This document shows positions 1 through 10,991 of a stretch of DNA of 64,000 nt, in pieces; position 1 is the first letter of the stretch; each line of letters starts with the position of its first letter. The notes below the pieces were generated by a model. It did no database searches, was not told where the DNA came from, and saw only the letters and a program-made list of their open reading frames with translations. The stretch spans positions 1,920,001 through 1,984,000 of the forward strand of contig CBDANS010000007.1 in assembly GCA_965197745.1 (NCBI GenBank). The letters are read 5' to 3'. The position numbers and the translations under genes were made by a program. The DNA is from Opitutales bacterium. GTDB lineage: Bacteria; Verrucomicrobiota; Verrucomicrobiia; Opitutales; PNEW01.

Positions 1-760
1 ATTACTGCGACGCCGTATTCCGGATATTGCCCGTAAATCCGATGTGAGTATTGAAGAAGTAGAGGCCGCTCTCGAAGAAATCGCTTCACTCGACCCGTCG
101 CCGGGCCGCAGATTCAGCGATGATAATAACCGTGTCGTTGTCCCCGATGTAAAAGTAGAAAAAGATGGGGAAAGCTGGGTTTTAGTAATGAATAATGACT
201 ACATTCCAAGGCTCAGGCTAAGCTCAACTTATAAGGATCTCATCGCCAAGGGTAAACTCTCTTCATCTGAAAAAGAATACATCCAGGAGAAAGTGAGATC
301 AGGAAAATTTCTTATCAGTTCTATCGAACAGCGCCAGCAGACGATCGAACGTATCACGCGACAAATTCTCAAGTTCCAAAATGATTTTTTTGAACAAGGA
401 GTATCCCATCTCAAGCCGCTGACCATGAACCAGGTCGCCGAAACCGTTGGAGTGCACGAAACCACGGTTAGTCGGGCCATCGCCAATAAATATATCGATA
501 CACCCCATGGCGTTTTCCCCCTTAAATATTTTTTCACCTCAGGTTATATCGCTGATGGTGGTGAAGCGATATCCAACACCAGTATTAAGGAGCGCCTCTC
601 CCAGATAATAAGCACGGAAAATCAGGCTAAACCCTTTAGTGACCAGGAAATAGTAAAAATACTCTCCGAACGCGATATAAAGATAGCCCGTCGCACGGTG
701 GCCAAGTATCGGGAAGAATTAGGCATCTCCCCCACCAACCTGCGCCGAAAGTATTCCTGA
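1..760 (+). CDS. rpoN: RNA polymerase sigma-54 factor, 5' truncated by window edge
   Basis: HTH VHETTVSRAI and RpoN box ARRTVAKYRE. The frame is open back to position 2 (LLRRRIPDIARK...). Confidence 0.97.
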   Translation, partial: LLRRRIPDIARKSDVSIEEVEAALEEIASLDPSPGRRFSDDNNRVVVPDVKVEKDGESWVLVMNNDYIPRLRLSSTYKDLIAKGKLSSSEKEYIQEKVRSGKFLISSIEQRQQTIERITRQILKFQNDFFEQGVSHLKPLTMNQVAETVGVHETTVSRAIANKYIDTPHGVFPLKYFFTSGYIADGGEAISNTSIKERLSQIISTENQAKPFSDQEIVKILSERDIKIARRTVAKYREELGISPTNLRRKYS

Positions 761-776
761 ACGCGCAAAAGGGAAA

Positions 777-1292
777 CTATGGGGAGGAAGCGTGATGCCT
801 TTCCAGATGAGCCACGCCGCCTTCGCCGAAATAAATTCTTTTAAACGAATCAAGAAGAACCCTGATTTTCTCAACCTGCTTTGCATCAACAGTCTGTTTG
901 CACTTCATGGCGTGTACGAGAATTTTATGTAAGACAACGAGTTTTTCCTGGTAGGCCTCATGTCCCTCGGCGTTATCACTATTGACTGGCTTGATTCTTT
1001 GAAAGAGAAAATATTGGGTTACAATATGCTGTATTTTATTCGCGTGTTCTTCCTTATTATTAACCCATCGAACTAACTGGTTGTAATTTTTATCATCCTC
1101 TATGGATAGCTTTCGGATCTCAGTCATTGATTTTTCAATCGTCTGGCAATTCTCTTCAATCATATCGATTCGCATTGCGTCTCCGTAGATACCACAGGGA
1201 ATTTCGCAATGGGCAAAAGCAACTGGCGATGGTGCGATAATAAATAAAGCTGCAACCACCGATAATCTTATTTTTTGAGTCATTCTTTTCAT
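777..1292 (-). CDS. sodN: Nickel superoxide dismutase precursor
   Basis: Ni-hook HCEIPCGIY directly follows a hydrophobic leader ending AFA; NQLVRWV..KEEHA and YFLFQRIKP motifs. Start placed at the ATG at 1292 (MKRMTQ). Confidence 0.93.
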   Translation of the reverse strand: MKRMTQKIRLSVVAALFIIAPSPVAFAHCEIPCGIYGDAMRIDMIEENCQTIEKSMTEIRKLSIEDDKNYNQLVRWVNNKEEHANKIQHIVTQYFLFQRIKPVNSDNAEGHEAYQEKLVVLHKILVHAMKCKQTVDAKQVEKIRVLLDSFKRIYFGEGGVAHLERHHASSP

Positions 1293-1351
1293 ATTGTTCC
1301 TTAGTGTTTTATAATCTTGAACTATCAAATAAAGGAGTGCATGCAAATTAA

Positions 1352-2041
1352 ATGTCAACAGCGTTCGGCAACTCTCTGAATTCACAGACTTTACTTCTTT
1401 TAGATGCCAGTTCTTTAGTCATTCAGACGGGATTATTGCGAGAGGGGAAGTGGGCAGCTTATATCGAATCTAAAGAGGAATCACTGAATTCACTTTTTAC
1501 GGGAACTGATACATGCCTGAAAAAAGCACAGTGTGATCTCGAGACCATTGATGGTTTTATCTTATGTCAAGGACCCGGTTCAATTCTGGGATTAAGGCTA
1601 ACGATTATGGCTGTTAAAACCTGGCGGACGCTACCTTCTCTTCGCAGGACCAACCTCTATCTCTATGGCAGTCTGGAAATAGCCGCCGCTCTTCATTCAA
1701 CGCGAAATATATCGCAACCATTTCATTTTATATCAGATTATAATAAAGATCATTGGAACCTCTTAACTGTAGTAAATAACGATCATCATCTAATACAGGT
1801 GAGCACGGAATATTTAAATAATCTCAACGGTCCTATTTGGCATATTCCTCAACGACATAACGTGAAAGCGCCACCGTCTCAGGTGAAAACCCTGGAATAT
1901 TCTCTCAAAGACCTGCCCCTGGTTCTCGACCGGACTTCACTTTTTCATCAATATAATGATCTCAGCCAAATTAAACCCGGTAAATCAAATTTTACTAAAT
2001 GGCACAGTAACCGCCATCGTAAATATTCAGAGAAGGATTGA
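1352..2041 (+). CDS. tsaB: tRNA t6A biosynthesis protein TsaB (YeaZ)-like
   Basis: N-terminal LLLDAS and GPGSILGLR (cf. GPGSFTGLR); overlaps the alr start. Confidence 0.8.
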   Translation: MSTAFGNSLNSQTLLLLDASSLVIQTGLLREGKWAAYIESKEESLNSLFTGTDTCLKKAQCDLETIDGFILCQGPGSILGLRLTIMAVKTWRTLPSLRRTNLYLYGSLEIAAALHSTRNISQPFHFISDYNKDHWNLLTVVNNDHHLIQVSTEYLNNLNGPIWHIPQRHNVKAPPSQVKTLEYSLKDLPLVLDRTSLFHQYNDLSQIKPGKSNFTKWHSNRHRKYSEKD

Positions 2042-3201
2042 CCCTATTGAACGCATCAATTTCAAAAAATCCTCACTTGCGTTGTTGGGCAGAAATTGAC
2101 CTCTCTGCGCTTGAACGTAATCTAAATCGAATACGGGCAGCTCTACCGGATCATATCCGATTTGTAGCAGTGGTGAAAGCTGATGCCTATGGACATGGAA
2201 TGCAGCAAACTGTCACCCGTCTCATGCATAGTGAGACTGATCTTTTTGCCGTAGCCAACGTGCGTGAAGGGGCAGAGATCCGTGAAATTGGAAGTGGATG
2301 GCCGATATTAGTCTTAAGTTCATTACTCCCGGAAGAAGATAGACAGATTATCGAATATAATTTGATCCCTACCATCTCTACGACCGAGGAGGTGGATCGG
2401 TTTTCCTTGATGGGGAAAGAAACGAATCGTGTTATTCCTGTCCATCTAAAGATTGATACAGGAATGGGACGACTCGGTGTCTGGCATGAGCATGCCGTGG
2501 AACTCTATGAATTTATCAGGAAAAAAGCAGCACTTAAACTTGAAGGGATCTATACCCATTTTTCCAGTGCGGATAGCGATGCGGAATTTACCAATATACA
2601 GCGTAATCTTTTTTTAGAGATACTGCAAAAATTAAGAGGTCTGGACCCCGATAAAATACTTATTCACGCCGATAATAGTGCCGGACTGGAATCATTCACA
2701 CCCGGTCAACCCTTTAACGCGGTACGCGTTGGCTTACTTCAGTTTGGAGTCCTGCCCTATCCCGATTCCCTTCTCGCTCGCGTGAAAGTGGAACCTGTCT
2801 TCAGTTTTCATAGCCGTCTCAGTATTATCAAGAACTTACCCACGGGAACAGGGATCAGTTACGGTCGCACCCATTCCTTGAAACGTGATTCACGCATCGG
2901 CATTATCACTGCCGGCTATGCCGACGGAATTCCCACCACAATAAGCAATAAAGGCTGGGTGCTAATCAAGGGTAAGCGTTGTCCTATCCTCGGTCGAGTG
3001 ACCATGGATCAGACTGTCGTTGATGTAACAGATCTCATTGACGCAACCAGCGGGGACCGAACCACACTCATTGGGAGACAGGGCGATGAGGAAATAGAAG
3101 TAACAACTTTCAGTGATTGGGCCATGTCTATCCCCTGGGAAACTTATTGCTCAATCACTAAACGTGTACCACGTATTTACCGTACAGATACTGCCATTTA
3201 A
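2038..3201 (+). CDS. alr: Alanine racemase
   Basis: [13 protein letters not shown] lysine motif, [23 protein letters not shown]. Confidence 0.97.
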   Translation: MTLLNASISKNPHLRCWAEIDLSALERNLNRIRAALPDHIRFVAVVKADAYGHGMQQTVTRLMHSETDLFAVANVREGAEIREIGSGWPILVLSSLLPEEDRQIIEYNLIPTISTTEEVDRFSLMGKETNRVIPVHLKIDTGMGRLGVWHEHAVELYEFIRKKAALKLEGIYTHFSSADSDAEFTNIQRNLFLEILQKLRGLDPDKILIHADNSAGLESFTPGQPFNAVRVGLLQFGVLPYPDSLLARVKVEPVFSFHSRLSIIKNLPTGTGISYGRTHSLKRDSRIGIITAGYADGIPTTISNKGWVLIKGKRCPILGRVTMDQTVVDVTDLIDATSGDRTTLIGRQGDEEIEVTTFSDWAMSIPWETYCSITKRVPRIYRTDTAI

Positions 3202-3237
3202 ATACCCTATTTCCGATGAATCAGGAAAATCCCTGTT

Positions 3238-3846
3238 CTATTCTTTCCTCTCCTTTAGCCAGCTAACAAGCTCTTTCAGCGCTGTTGCACGGTGACTCAT
3301 TTTTGATTTCACCGACTCGCCAAGCTCTCCAAATGTTTGTCCATAGCCATTTGGCATAAATAAGGGATCATACCCAAACCCTTCATTTCCTGCAGGTTCA
3401 TCGGTAATAAAGCCTTCACAATTCCCGCGGAATACTTTTTCAATTCCTCCAGGACCTGAAAGGACAAGCGCGCAAAAAAAACGCGCTGATCTTTTGGCCT
3501 CATTTATTCCCTTCAGTTCACTAAGTAATTTTCGATTGTTTTTCTCATCATCAGCATTAGATCCTGCGTACCGCGATGAATGAATCCCCGGCTTACCACG
3601 AAGAGCGTCTACGATTAATCCACTGTCATCAGCAAGAATCCAGGCATCCTGTGGAGCCTTATTTTTTAAAGCTTTCGCTTTCAATTTTGCATTACCAATA
3701 AATGAATCCTCTGTTTCCAGGACTTCGGGCATACCCCCTGCGGCCATTGCCGACAAAATCTCGACGTTCAAATCGGTAGCTTTGAATATCCCGGAGATCT
3801 CTTCAACTTTGCAGGAATTAGCTGTCGCCAGGTAAATTGTTATCAT
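3238..3846 (-). CDS. rdgB: Non-canonical purine NTP pyrophosphatase (RdgB/Ham1)
   Basis: ATAN..K, ADDSGL, PGIHSSRY, FGYDP and SHRA motifs. Confidence 0.95.
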   Translation of the reverse strand: MITIYLATANSCKVEEISGIFKATDLNVEILSAMAAGGMPEVLETEDSFIGNAKLKAKALKNKAPQDAWILADDSGLIVDALRGKPGIHSSRYAGSNADDEKNNRKLLSELKGINEAKRSARFFCALVLSGPGGIEKVFRGNCEGFITDEPAGNEGFGYDPLFMPNGYGQTFGELGESVKSKMSHRATALKELVSWLKERKE

Positions 3847-3854
3847 TCTAAATT

Positions 3855-4976
3855 TTAATCAGGATATGTAACATACCCTCGCATCAATTCATCTCCCTCA
3901 AATGTAGCGTGACATACTTGCTCCAGGGTTATTGCATCATTCATATCTTCAACACGACGCCCATGAAACGCGGGAAGGGATTCAGAATCAGCCAGGATTT
4001 TTGGGGCGCGATAACAGAATAAATAGTTCAGTTCACTGGAATTAAGCAGGGAACTGACTGTTTTAGCGCCACCTTCAAAATAAACCCCAATTAAATTATC
4101 ATTAATACAGTGTTGGCGGAAATTACTCCAATCTATCAACCCCTTATTGGCTGTAACTTCCCAGAGAGAGATACCGCTATCGAGTAATCTTTTTTTTGCC
4201 CCTGTATCGGCATCTTCATCTGTGACAACTATGGTTTTTTCTTTGTCGGCATCACTATATACCTTAGGCAGGAGTTTCATTACAGTACTCAAATGCGGAT
4301 CAATTATTATGCGCTTCGGGCACCAGTCATCTTCACCAGCTCTGCGGCTGCTTAGATTTGGATTATCGGAGAGGACCGTCTTTGCCCCTACCGCTATGGC
4401 CGGAAAAAGACGCCTCCAAAGCATCACATCTTTTCGTGCCTGAGGTCCGGAAATCCACTTAGAGTGTCCGCTGCTTGTGGCAATTCGACCGTCCATTGTC
4501 GTCGCCAATTTAGCTGCGAGGAGGGGGGACTTAAATTCAATCCAATAATTATAGACTAAATTAAGATCCTCACACTCTTTCCCTAAGATGCCCGCTTCTA
4601 TTTTAATCCCGGCATTTTTCAGAATATTGAGACCCTGTCCCGCATGTTGCGGGTTAGGATCAGTCGCCCCTACTATCACTCGCTTAATACCCGAGTTGAT
4701 GATGGCCTCGACACAGGGAGGGGTACGTCCGTGGGTAGAACAGGGTTCAAGCGTAACATAAAGCGTCGCATCTTCAGAGAGAGGCCCCTTTATTTGATCG
4801 AGCGCGTTTATTTCAGCATGCGCTTCACCCGCACAGTGATGAAATCCCTCACCTCGGACAACCCCAAGGTCTACTACCACAGCCCCCACCATGGGATTAG
4901 GATGTGTTTTGCCCCAGCCTTTGCGCGCCAATTGCAAAGCCTGTCCCATGTAGTGCTTGTTGTCACCATCCATCAT
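3855..4976 (-). CDS. ribD: Riboflavin biosynthesis deaminase/reductase
   Basis: PNPMVGA, HAE, TLEPCSTHGRTPPC, SKWISG and EGG motifs. Confidence 0.96.
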   Translation of the reverse strand: MMDGDNKHYMGQALQLARKGWGKTHPNPMVGAVVVDLGVVRGEGFHHCAGEAHAEINALDQIKGPLSEDATLYVTLEPCSTHGRTPPCVEAIINSGIKRVIVGATDPNPQHAGQGLNILKNAGIKIEAGILGKECEDLNLVYNYWIEFKSPLLAAKLATTMDGRIATSSGHSKWISGPQARKDVMLWRRLFPAIAVGAKTVLSDNPNLSSRRAGEDDWCPKRIIIDPHLSTVMKLLPKVYSDADKEKTIVVTDEDADTGAKKRLLDSGISLWEVTANKGLIDWSNFRQHCINDNLIGVYFEGGAKTVSSLLNSSELNYLFCYRAPKILADSESLPAFHGRRVEDMNDAITLEQVCHATFEGDELMRGYVTYPD

Positions 4977-5086
4977 CAATATACAATCGGAACCTGCTCC
5001 GATATATGGGGAGGAAGACTATAAGTGGCAAATTAAATTCCAGATCTAAATAATAAATTATATCAGACCAGCAAACTATGGCTCAT

Positions 5087-6484
5087 TTAATTAACGGTGG
5101 TTTCTACAACAATGATAAAAATTTCAGTGCCATCTTCATTCGAAAAGCCAGCAGCGATGCTTTGTGTCGGTTGTTCAGTTCCATCCGATTTGATATTATT
5201 TTGTGAAATCACTGTCGAAAATCCTGGCGTTGTCGAACCGCTGGGTGCCACATTGACAGAAGCCCCATTGCTCTGTTGCAGGTTCCCCCCGGTAATTCTC
5301 ATGCCGGGATTACTAGCGCCTATGGTAAAGGATTCTTCACCCACTACCAGGTATGGGGTTGCGCTCCCCGATGCATTGATATCTCCCACCGTTACGCGAA
5401 TCGCGACCGGCACGCCTCGTGCATCGATGCCTACTTTTCCACTTGTCCCAGAGAACCTTGCATTAGAGCACTGAATTCCCCCGAAAGCCATGGAGTCAAC
5501 AACCTCCAGCAACGCCGCGTCAGCCTGGGCATCATAGACTGTACCCTCGGGAAACAATGACTGGTTTACAGCATTGATTGTCCCGACTGTAAATAAGCTG
5601 AAAAAGGTATTTGTATTCGCTCTTTTTATGGTAAAACTCGGTCGCCCTTTTACATAAGAGACACTTTGATTATATTTAATCGGCGGGGCTGGGCCACTGA
5701 ATGTGGTGGGATCAAGTTCGATAGTGAGTGTGCCCACTCCAGAAAATTCAGCCTGTACGATATCATCATTTTCATCGATAAATGAAACCCGGGTGATTTT
5801 ATCTGTTTCAGCCTGGACGGTAACGTTTTGGCCGGTAAGAAGAACCTGATCAAAAATATTTCCACTCGGGTGCTGAATATCTGTTCCTACCGTATCACCT
5901 GATCCGTCAATAACAATTCCGACACCCGTTAAGGGAGTAAATCCAAAGTCATCAATTGCCGTTAAACTCTCCGTGATATTAAATGTAACTGCAGGATCAT
6001 CAATTAAGAGAATCTTTCCAATACCATCTGGGGCTCCAAGATTTAAGGCATTAAAAGTAATAAACTGTGGTTCCAATTCAGGCAATAGGCTTGTTGGCAG
6101 ACCAGTTACTGAGATAAGTAAGTTATCATTGGTGTCATAGACCTCTACAAAACCATCAAATCCGATTAGATTTGCCGCATAAAATTCAACGATCAAGGCT
6201 GGAGTCTCAAATGTTATGGACCCTATCTCTCCATTCAAAATTGACCACGTATGTGTCGGTGAATGGGCAAGTTGTGTTGCCAATGTTCCAGCTCCGGCAA
6301 AACCGTTTTCAAAAAGTGCGGTAAATGGAGGGGTCCCAATAGAAAAAAATAGTCTTGAATCCTCCGGGATGTCTTCAAAATTAGTAAATATCTCTTGATC
6401 TTCCGGCGCCGCAGTTAACCAGGCAGCTGAACCAAATAGAACCGTTGTGATTACACGCCAAAATATGCGGGGGTTATTTATCAT
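5087..6484 (-). CDS. Secreted hypothetical protein: N-terminal beta-rich domain plus ~275-aa C-terminal domain
   Basis: Signal peptide (RIFWRVITTVLFGSAAWLTA). Gly/Thr/Ser-rich beta composition. C-terminal block GTDIQHPSGNIFDQVLLTG...SFIDENDDIVQAEFSG. Confidence 0.75.
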   Translation of the reverse strand: MINNPRIFWRVITTVLFGSAAWLTAAPEDQEIFTNFEDIPEDSRLFFSIGTPPFTALFENGFAGAGTLATQLAHSPTHTWSILNGEIGSITFETPALIVEFYAANLIGFDGFVEVYDTNDNLLISVTGLPTSLLPELEPQFITFNALNLGAPDGIGKILLIDDPAVTFNITESLTAIDDFGFTPLTGVGIVIDGSGDTVGTDIQHPSGNIFDQVLLTGQNVTVQAETDKITRVSFIDENDDIVQAEFSGVGTLTIELDPTTFSGPAPPIKYNQSVSYVKGRPSFTIKRANTNTFFSLFTVGTINAVNQSLFPEGTVYDAQADAALLEVVDSMAFGGIQCSNARFSGTSGKVGIDARGVPVAIRVTVGDINASGSATPYLVVGEESFTIGASNPGMRITGGNLQQSNGASVNVAPSGSTTPGFSTVISQNNIKSDGTEQPTQSIAAGFSNEDGTEIFIIVVETTVN

Positions 6485-7058
6485 GGCTTAATTTGAAAAG
6501 CTAAGCTTCAGCTTTTTATTGATTTGGGGATTATGAAGTTTGGGAAATTAGCTTTTAGAGGCAATCTGTTCAAGCGTTTTTTAAGGGTCTGTCAATATCA
6601 CTCTTTAGATTTTAAAGCATTGAATTTCTGTTATTTAGGGAATTCAATAGAATCTTTTATTCTATAAAAAGTAACTTCATAGACTCAAAAACAGCCTCAA
6701 ATTCAGATAAATATGCAATATCCGTATTCAACCCTTGTTAGGGTTTAATTATTTCGACTTTGAATAAACATTTCTGTTCCCCTTTTGCTTATCGTTTCTA
6801 CGCTATTATTTTATTCTGAATATTTGCGGCACAAACTTCACTTTTAAATTAATTCCCGGACCTATAATTATTAAGCGTCGAGAGCATGGGCTCTGTCTCT
6901 TTAATCGCGCATAACTCAATAACGGTGCTATTTAAAAATTACACCTATCTTATTTACTTCAACGCTGGCTTCGTTACACCGATCTTATTTTGTTTTATTG
7001 CTATCATTTGAAATTTAATTTTTAACCAGAAGCAAAATAGGCAATAACCCTGATTAAT

Positions 7059-8126
7059 ATGAGTAAAAGCTATAAAATTGCAGTAATACCTGGTGATGGA
7101 ACGGGACCTGAAGTCACTCGTGAAGCTGTTAAAGTGCTCAACGCTGCGGCGGACAAATTCGGATTTAAACTGGATTTGCACGAATATGATTTCGGTGGCG
7201 ATCGCTATCTAAAAAGCGGCGAAGCCTTGCCCGATAGCGCTTCTGAAGAGATGAATAAATTCAACTCCATACTCCTCGGGGCAATCGGCCATCCTGATGT
7301 TAAACCGGGCATCCTCGAAAAGGGAATCCTTTTGCGTTTAAGATTCGAATTAGATCAGTATATAAATTTGCGCCCTGTGATACTCTACCCCGGGGTTGAT
7401 ACCCCCCTTAAGGATAAAGGTCCTGAGGATATCAGTTATGTCGTGGTTCGCGAAAATTCGGGTGATCTTTACACGGGAACGGGCGGCATCTCGATGAAAG
7501 GAACACCTCATGAAGTAGCGGTACAGAGTGCGGTTTACAATCGATTCCAAGTGGATCGCTGTCTCAAGTACGCTTTTGATTACACGCGCAAAAGGGATAA
7601 AAAAAGAACGCTTGCTCTATGTGGAAAGACGAATGTTCTCACATATATTTATGACCTCTGGGAGCGCGCTTTTAATGAAATGGGAGAAAAAGATTACCCC
7701 GACATCACCCGCGAGTATTACCATGTCGATGCCGCCTGTATGTGGATGGTAAAAAATCCTGAATGGTTTGATGTAATCGTCACTGGCAATATGTTTGGTG
7801 ATATCATCACCGATCTGGGTGCTATAACCCAGGGTGGTATGGGTATTGCCGCGGGAGGAAACATTAATCCTGAAGGGGTGAGCATGTTTGAACCCATTGG
7901 CGGATCTGCTCCAAAATATACGGGGAAAAATGTGATTAACCCTCTCGCTGCCGTTTGTGCTTCCATGATGATGCTGGAAACGCTGGGAGAGGATGCTGCT
8001 GCCAATGCAGTTGAAAAAGCAGTTGTGGAAGTTACGGGAGGGAAATTAAAAGAACTTGGCGCCGGAAAAATGGGGTACAGTACCAGTGAAGTGGGAGATA
8101 TGCTTGCTGAGATGGTTGCGGGTTAA
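7059..8126 (+). CDS. leuB: 3-isopropylmalate dehydrogenase
   Basis: IPGDGTGPE, LRLRFELDQYINLRP, VVRENS, NMFGDIITD and EPIGGSAP. Confidence 0.9.
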   Translation: MSKSYKIAVIPGDGTGPEVTREAVKVLNAAADKFGFKLDLHEYDFGGDRYLKSGEALPDSASEEMNKFNSILLGAIGHPDVKPGILEKGILLRLRFELDQYINLRPVILYPGVDTPLKDKGPEDISYVVVRENSGDLYTGTGGISMKGTPHEVAVQSAVYNRFQVDRCLKYAFDYTRKRDKKRTLALCGKTNVLTYIYDLWERAFNEMGEKDYPDITREYYHVDAACMWMVKNPEWFDVIVTGNMFGDIITDLGAITQGGMGIAAGGNINPEGVSMFEPIGGSAPKYTGKNVINPLAAVCASMMMLETLGEDAAANAVEKAVVEVTGGKLKELGAGKMGYSTSEVGDMLAEMVAG

Positions 8127-8192
8127 TATACCTGCTCTCTTGTCTCTAGCTTCTGCTAGCATATCTTTATTCAGTTTGGACATAGAGCTATT

Positions 8193-10868
8193 ATGAAGTC
8201 AGCTGATATCAGGTTATCTTTCCTTAACTTTTTTAAAAGTAAGGGGCACACCATTGTCCCTTCAACCTCCTTGAGACCCACTGCTCCCAACCTGCTCTTC
8301 ACCAATGCAGGAATGAACGCATTTGTCCCCAATTTTCTAGGGGAACAGGAAGCGCCGCATAAACGTATAGCTGACACTCAAAAATGCATTCGGGCTGGCG
8401 GCAAGCACAACGACCTGAAAGATGTCGGCTTCGACACGTCTCATCATACTTTCTTCGAGATGTTGGGTAACTGGTCTTTTGGTGATTATTTCAAAAAAGA
8501 GGCTATCGAATGGGCTTGGGAACTGCTGACGAAAGTATGGGAAATACCTAAAGAACGTATTTACGTGACTGTATATAAACCGGAAAAAGGTGAACCCGCC
8601 GAATTTGATCAGGAGGCCTATGATTACTGGAAATCTATATTTAAAGCCGAAGGCATGGATCCTGACATCCATATATGCACCGGTGGAGAAAAAGAAAATT
8701 TCTGGATGATGGGTGAAACCGGACCCTGTGGCCCCAGCAGTGAAATCCATATCGATCTAACCGAGCAGGGAAATACTTTGGGAAAACTCGTGAACACGGA
8801 TTCCCCCTATTGTGTTGAATTGTGGAACCTTGTCTTTATTCAATTTAATGCCCAGGTAAACGGTGATTTTACACCCCTTGCTTCCAGGCATGTAGACACC
8901 GGAATGGGATTTGAACGCGCTGCGGGTATTTTTGCTACGACGAAAAATTTCAGTGATTTTTCACGTCCACCATCAAACTACGACAGCGATTTATTTACCG
9001 ATATATTCAATCAACTGACTCATTTAACTGGCCATCACTACCAGTCCACAATACCTGAAGACAGAAATAAGCTGTCTGATATGGAAATGCGTGACTGTGC
9101 TTTTCGGGTCATTTGCGATCACATTCGCACCCTCACTTTTTCAATTGCAGACGGTATTATACCGGGCAACGAAGGGAGAAACTATGTTCTCAGACGAATT
9201 TTGAGACGGGCACTTCTCTTTGCAAATCGAATCGAATTACCCCATCGATCTCTCGTCATTCTTGCCGAATTATTAATCGATAAATTTAAAGACATATTTC
9301 CCGAACTTTCAGAACAAAAAGAAATAATTCTTAAATGTATCGATGCTGAGGAGGAAACTTTTGAAATCACCCTCGACCGGGGTTTACAGCACTTTGAAAA
9401 AATGACTTCCGGGAAGAAAAAGACTGTTTCGGGGAAGGATGCATTTAAACTTTTTGACACTTACGGGTTCCCTATTGATTTAACCCAAATCATCGCTCGT
9501 GAACGGGGTATTAAGATAGACCTTGTTGGATTTAATAGGGAAATGGAAAAACAGCGCGAACGCGCGCGCGCGGCGCAAAATAAGACCGTCATTACGGTTC
9601 AAGAAAATAAAACTATCGCAGCTAATGAAACGAAGTTTGTGGGTTATGAAAAAGCTAACCTCCAGGATTTTAAAGCAGAAATAAAGGATATCGTTTTTGA
9701 AGGTGATGACTGTTTTCTCATATTTGACCAGACACCATTTTACGCCCAGATGGGAGGACAAATTGGTGATAGCGGCCATGCCACCATAAAAGGAGATCGT
9801 TTCCCTATTCTCGATACCTTGAAAGACGAATCCAATCATTATCTGCATAAAACAAAACTATCGGGAAGCGGTGAATGGGTGGGAAAATCAGTTTTACTCT
9901 CAGTTGATGGGGAAAGGCATTCAGCAATTCAGCGCCATCATTCGGGCACTCATCTCCTCCATTGGGCCTTGCGTGAGATACTGGGATCACATGTGCATCA
10001 ATCGGGTTCATTCGTGGGCGATGATTATTTGCGTTTTGATTTCAACCATTTTGAGCAAACGCAAAAAATTCAACTGCGAGCAATTGAAAAGATTATTAAT
10101 GCCCGTATCTTAGAAGACACTGCGATAACCACCTATGAAGTTCCACTTGCGGAAAAACCCGATGCCGTCCTTGCCTTCTTCGGTGATAAATATGGGGCTA
10201 TCGTTCGCGTTGTGGACATCGGTGGATATTCTAAAGAACTCTGTGCGGGAACCCATGTTGAACGTACGGGTGAAATTGGCCCCTTAAAAATTGTAAGTGA
10301 AACAGCGATTGCTTCAGGGACGCGCCGCATAGAGGCCGTAGTCGGCACGAGCGCGTTAGATTTGATGAATCATGACTTCGATCTTTTACAGGAAATGGCG
10401 CAAAAATTATCCTGCAGCCCAGACGAACTTGTAGAGCGATTTGAATCGATTATATCACAGCGATATGAACTTGAAAAGCAACTGCGCAACCAGCAGGAAA
10501 AAGGAACTGCCCAGTTAGCGGAAAAATTAGCCGGGCAGGCGAAAATACATTCTGGATTGAATTGGGTGATCGCCAAGGTAAATGCTGCCAATACAGAGGA
10601 ATTGCGCTCGCTTGCGATCAGCACCGCGGAAATTCTCGGTCCCGTAGCAGTAGTTCTCGGCAGCATTATTAATAAAAAAGTTACCCTTCTTGTTTTATGT
10701 TCTGAAGATGCTGTGAATTCAGGACACCATGCCGGTCATATCGTAGGTGAAATTTCAGGAAAATTGGACGGCAAAGGGGGTGGCAAACCGGATTTTGCTA
10801 TGGGTGGAGGAAAGAATCCGGACAAACTGGAAGCTGTTCTTAACGCCTTTAATGAATCTCTCGGTTAA
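8193..10868 (+). CDS. alaS: Alanine--tRNA ligase
   Basis: LLFTNAGM, HHTFFEMLGNWSFGDYFK, DTGMGFER, editing HxxxH and ELCAGTH, C-terminal GGG motifs. Confidence 0.98.
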   Translation: MKSADIRLSFLNFFKSKGHTIVPSTSLRPTAPNLLFTNAGMNAFVPNFLGEQEAPHKRIADTQKCIRAGGKHNDLKDVGFDTSHHTFFEMLGNWSFGDYFKKEAIEWAWELLTKVWEIPKERIYVTVYKPEKGEPAEFDQEAYDYWKSIFKAEGMDPDIHICTGGEKENFWMMGETGPCGPSSEIHIDLTEQGNTLGKLVNTDSPYCVELWNLVFIQFNAQVNGDFTPLASRHVDTGMGFERAAGIFATTKNFSDFSRPPSNYDSDLFTDIFNQLTHLTGHHYQSTIPEDRNKLSDMEMRDCAFRVICDHIRTLTFSIADGIIPGNEGRNYVLRRILRRALLFANRIELPHRSLVILAELLIDKFKDIFPELSEQKEIILKCIDAEEETFEITLDRGLQHFEKMTSGKKKTVSGKDAFKLFDTYGFPIDLTQIIARERGIKIDLVGFNREMEKQRERARAAQNKTVITVQENKTIAANETKFVGYEKANLQDFKAEIKDIVFEGDDCFLIFDQTPFYAQMGGQIGDSGHATIKGDRFPILDTLKDESNHYLHKTKLSGSGEWVGKSVLLSVDGERHSAIQRHHSGTHLLHWALREILGSHVHQSGSFVGDDYLRFDFNHFEQTQKIQLRAIEKIINARILEDTAITTYEVPLAEKPDAVLAFFGDKYGAIVRVVDIGGYSKELCAGTHVERTGEIGPLKIVSETAIASGTRRIEAVVGTSALDLMNHDFDLLQEMAQKLSCSPDELVERFESIISQRYELEKQLRNQQEKGTAQLAEKLAGQAKIHSGLNWVIAKVNAANTEELRSLAISTAEILGPVAVVLGSIINKKVTLLVLCSEDAVNSGHHAGHIVGEISGKLDGKGGGKPDFAMGGGKNPDKLEAVLNAFNESLG

Positions 10869-10991
10869 TCAATCTACCCCGTAAAGCAATATATTTGCGC
10901 CATTATTCTCATTACATGAGGGTAAAATTGATCTGTTAAAATCAGTCCTGCCCACGCTAAAAAGCTCAGATCTACTGAATTGTATCTCGTT

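Noticed and set aside
1293..1385. ORF-track N-terminal extension of sodN
   Set aside because: It overlaps the divergent tsaB start, and the ATG at 1292 gives a normal-length signal peptide.
6886..7011. 41-codon hydrophobic ORF (MGSVSLIAH...FCFIAII) upstream of leuB as a leader peptide or small protein
   Set aside because: No Leu-codon run or attenuator hairpins; hydrophobicity is expected from AT-rich DNA.
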